Made by a program: the position numbers and the translations under genes. The notes below the pieces were generated by a model, which ran no database searches, was not told the DNA's origin, and saw nothing but the letters and a program-made list of their open reading frames with translations. From positions 3,873 to 67,872 of the forward strand of contig CANQBA010000013.1 of NCBI GenBank assembly GCA_947589545.1: a stretch of 64,000 bases of DNA, read 5' to 3'. This DNA is from an uncultured Oscillospiraceae bacterium (GTDB lineage Bacteria; Bacillota; Clostridia; Oscillospirales; Oscillospiraceae). Below, one piece after another: positions 61,658-64,000 of the stretch (its first letter is position 1; each line of letters begins with the position of its first letter).

Positions 61658-64000
61658 GTGCCAAAAGAAGTATGGTACGGCAAGACGCTGCGCCACAGCT
61701 TTGCCAAGACGGAGGAGATTCAGGAGATGCCGAACCTTCTGGAGATCCAGAAGGACTCGTACAACTGGTTTCTGAAGACGGGTCTTCGGGACGTGTTCCG
61801 CGACGTGGCGGCCATCACCGACTACACGGGGAATCTGGAGCTCACCTTCCTGGATTACAGGATGGACGAGGAGCCCAAGTACTCCGTGGAGGAGTGCAAG
61901 GCCAGAGACGTGACCTACGCCGCCCCCATCCGCGTCAGCGTCTGCCTGCGGAACAAGGAGACGGAGGAGATCAAGGAGCAGGAGATCTTCATGGGGGACT
62001 TCCCCATCATGACCGACGGCGGCACCTTCGTCATCAACGGCGCGGAGCGCGTCATCGTGTCCCAGATCATCCGCTCCCCCGGCGTCTACTACGAGCGCAC
62101 CGTGGACAAGACGGGCGCGGCGGTCTACGCCACCACCGTCATCCCCTACCGGGGCGCGTGGCTGGAGTATGAGACGGATCCGGCGGATATGTTCAACGTC
62201 CGCATCGACAAGAACCGCAAGCTGCCCGTCACCTGCTTCCTGCGGGCCTGCGGCATCCGCACCGCCGACCCGTACACATGGCTGTCCATGTCCGGCGGCG
62301 AGGCCGGCGGCGACACCAACGAGAAGCTCTTTGAGATCTTCGGCCGGGACGCCCGCATGGTCTCCACCGTGGAGAAGGACGCCTGCAAGAGCCGGGAGGA
62401 GTCGCTGCTGGAAATCTACCGCAAGCTCCGCCCCGGCGATCCCCCCACCATCGATTCCGCCGAGACGCTGCTCTATAACCTGCTGTTCGACCCGCGCCGG
62501 TACGATATCTCCATCGCGGGCCGGTATAAGTTCAACAAGAAGCTGGCCGTGTGGCCCCGGATCGTGGGCAAGAAGCTGACCCGGCCCATCGCCGACCCGC
62601 TGACCGGCGAGATCGTGGCCGAGGCCGGCGAGACGGTCAACCGCCAGAAGGCGGAGGAGCTGGACAGGCTGGGCGTCATCGAAGCCTACGTGGAGGCCGA
62701 GGCCGGCCATGAGGTGAAGGTCTTCTCCAACGGCATGGTCTGGCTGAACCGGTTCGTGGATTTCGACCCCGTCTCCGAGCTTGGCATCAAGGAGCGGGTG
62801 CGCTGGATCATCCTCAAGGATCTCTTAGAGAAGTACGAGGGGGAGGAGCTGAAGGAGGCCATTCGCGAGAACGCGGCCCTGCTGGTGCCCAAGTTCATCA
62901 TCCCCGACGACATCTTCGCCTCCGTCAACTACCTGAACACCCTGGCCCACGGCATCGGCACCGTGGACGACATCGACCATCTGGGCAACCGGCGTCTTAG
63001 GTCCGTGGGCGAGCTTTTGCAGAACCAGTTCCGGGTGGGCTTCTCCCGCATGGAGCGCGTCATCCGTGAGCGCATGACCCTCCAGGATACCGACGTCATC
63101 ACCCCTCAGAGCCTTATCAACATCCGGCCTGTGACGGCGGCCATCAAGGAGTTCTTCGGCTCCTCGCCGCTCTCCCAGTTCATGGATCAGAATAACCCCT
63201 TAGCGGAGCTGACCCACAAGCGCCGTCTCTCCGCCCTGGGCCCCGGCGGCCTTTCCCGCGAGCGCGCCTCCTTCGACGTCCGCGACGTCCATTACAGCCA
63301 CTACGGCCGTATGTGCCCCGTGGAGACCCCCGAAGGCCCCAACATCGGCTTGATCTCGTACCTTGCCTCCTACGCCAAGGTCAACGAGTACGGCTTCCTG
63401 GTGTCCCCCTATCAGAAGGTGGACAAGGCCACGGGCCGCGTCACCGAGCAGGTGGACTACCTGACCGCCGACGCCGAGGATCAGTTCTATGTGGCCCAGG
63501 CCAGCGAGCCCCGGGACGCCGAGGGCCGGCTCCTCAATCAGCGTATCGTCTGCCGTCACCGGGACGAGATCATCGACGTGGATCGCCGGCGCGTGGACTA
63601 TGTGGACATCTCCCCCCGGCAGATGGTTTCCATCGCCACTGCCATGATCCCCTTCCTGGAGAACGACGACGCCAACCGCGCCCTGATGGGCGCCAACATG
63701 CAGCGCCAGGCGGTGCCTCTGATGGTGACCCAGGCCCCCATCGTGGCCACCGGCATCGAGCACAAGTGCGCCATCGACTCCGCCGTCTCCATCCTGGCCG
63801 AGGGCGACGGAACGGTCACCTATGTGGACGCCGACACCGTCACCGTCCGGTATGACGACGGAAAAATCAAGGACTATCATCTCATCAAATTCTCCCGCTC
63901 CAACCAGGGCACCTGCGTCAACCAGCGGCCCGTGGTGGACATCGGCGAGCGCGTCGCCGCCCAGGACGTCCTGGCGGACGGGCCCGCCACCTCCCACGGC
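61658..64000 (+). CDS. rpoB: DNA-directed RNA polymerase subunit beta, N-terminal 781 codons (continues beyond the window)
   Basis: Not in the ORF track (no stop). GTG at 61658 is 8 nt after [45 protein letters not shown]...[31 protein letters not shown]...[39 protein letters not shown]. Confidence 0.95.
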   Translation, partial: MPKEVWYGKTLRHSFAKTEEIQEMPNLLEIQKDSYNWFLKTGLRDVFRDVAAITDYTGNLELTFLDYRMDEEPKYSVEECKARDVTYAAPIRVSVCLRNKETEEIKEQEIFMGDFPIMTDGGTFVINGAERVIVSQIIRSPGVYYERTVDKTGAAVYATTVIPYRGAWLEYETDPADMFNVRIDKNRKLPVTCFLRACGIRTADPYTWLSMSGGEAGGDTNEKLFEIFGRDARMVSTVEKDACKSREESLLEIYRKLRPGDPPTIDSAETLLYNLLFDPRRYDISIAGRYKFNKKLAVWPRIVGKKLTRPIADPLTGEIVAEAGETVNRQKAEELDRLGVIEAYVEAEAGHEVKVFSNGMVWLNRFVDFDPVSELGIKERVRWIILKDLLEKYEGEELKEAIRENAALLVPKFIIPDDIFASVNYLNTLAHGIGTVDDIDHLGNRRLRSVGELLQNQFRVGFSRMERVIRERMTLQDTDVITPQSLINIRPVTAAIKEFFGSSPLSQFMDQNNPLAELTHKRRLSALGPGGLSRERASFDVRDVHYSHYGRMCPVETPEGPNIGLISYLASYAKVNEYGFLVSPYQKVDKATGRVTEQVDYLTADAEDQFYVAQASEPRDAEGRLLNQRIVCRHRDEIIDVDRRRVDYVDISPRQMVSIATAMIPFLENDDANRALMGANMQRQAVPLMVTQAPIVATGIEHKCAIDSAVSILAEGDGTVTYVDADTVTVRYDDGKIKDYHLIKFSRSNQGTCVNQRPVVDIGERVAAQDVLADGPATSHG

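Overview
GC-rich chromosomal segment. Its gene content resembles a Gram-positive anaerobe of the Clostridia (Oscillospiraceae/Ruminococcaceae-like); that placement is inferred from protein similarity only. The window is densely coding and mostly housekeeping.

Gene content, left to right:
- A truncated secreted beta-helix-like protein, then an XRE regulator with a membrane-protein partner.
- A low-GC GNAT islet.
- A GH13 alpha-glucosidase and an M16C peptidase.
- A translationally coupled cell-envelope glycan cluster: GT4-CsaB fusion, two DUF4330-like anchors, a GT4, an O-antigen-ligase-like protein and MurJ.
- obg.
- An XpaC-TelA-LemA-like-TPM envelope-stress module.
- A REP-rich 660-bp insert.
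- A metallophosphoesterase with a cytoplasmic BMP-domain fusion protein.
- The oxidative TCA branch (icd, aconitase, citrate synthase).
- A second GNAT/SnoaL islet, then glpK.
- A 13-kb branched-chain amino-acid super-operon (leuA-ilvBN-ilvC-x-ilvD-leuCDB-x-ilvA-ridA) behind a Leu T-box.
- thrH-mntP, then htpG.
- A decayed IS/LRR islet.
- A MATE pump with an overlapping Spo0A_C-like ORF.
- thiT behind a TPP riboswitch.
- An mnmG-DLH-anSME-nucleotidyltransferase operon.
- A CBS protein, a SleB-like hydrolase and a NADAR-macrodomain fusion.
- tRNA-Leu(GAG) and the 5' part of rpoB.

I found no CRISPR array, prophage, intact IS or recognisable multi-gene defence system.

The features least explained by standard annotation are non-coding:
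1. A modular three-hairpin repeat in two clear copies. The hairpin arms differ between copies but stay complementary. One copy is bracketed by a duplicated terminator.
2. A two-hairpin module with a 25-nt conserved core, present twice. One copy lies directly behind a perfect consensus promoter with no ORF.
3. GTAG-flanked GGGCCGCC hairpins (REP/BIME-like), concentrated in a 660-bp insert flanked by 19-bp direct repeats.

Several unusual domain fusions and operon passengers are also flagged. All functional calls rest on reading the translated ORFs and motifs by eye. No database search was run.
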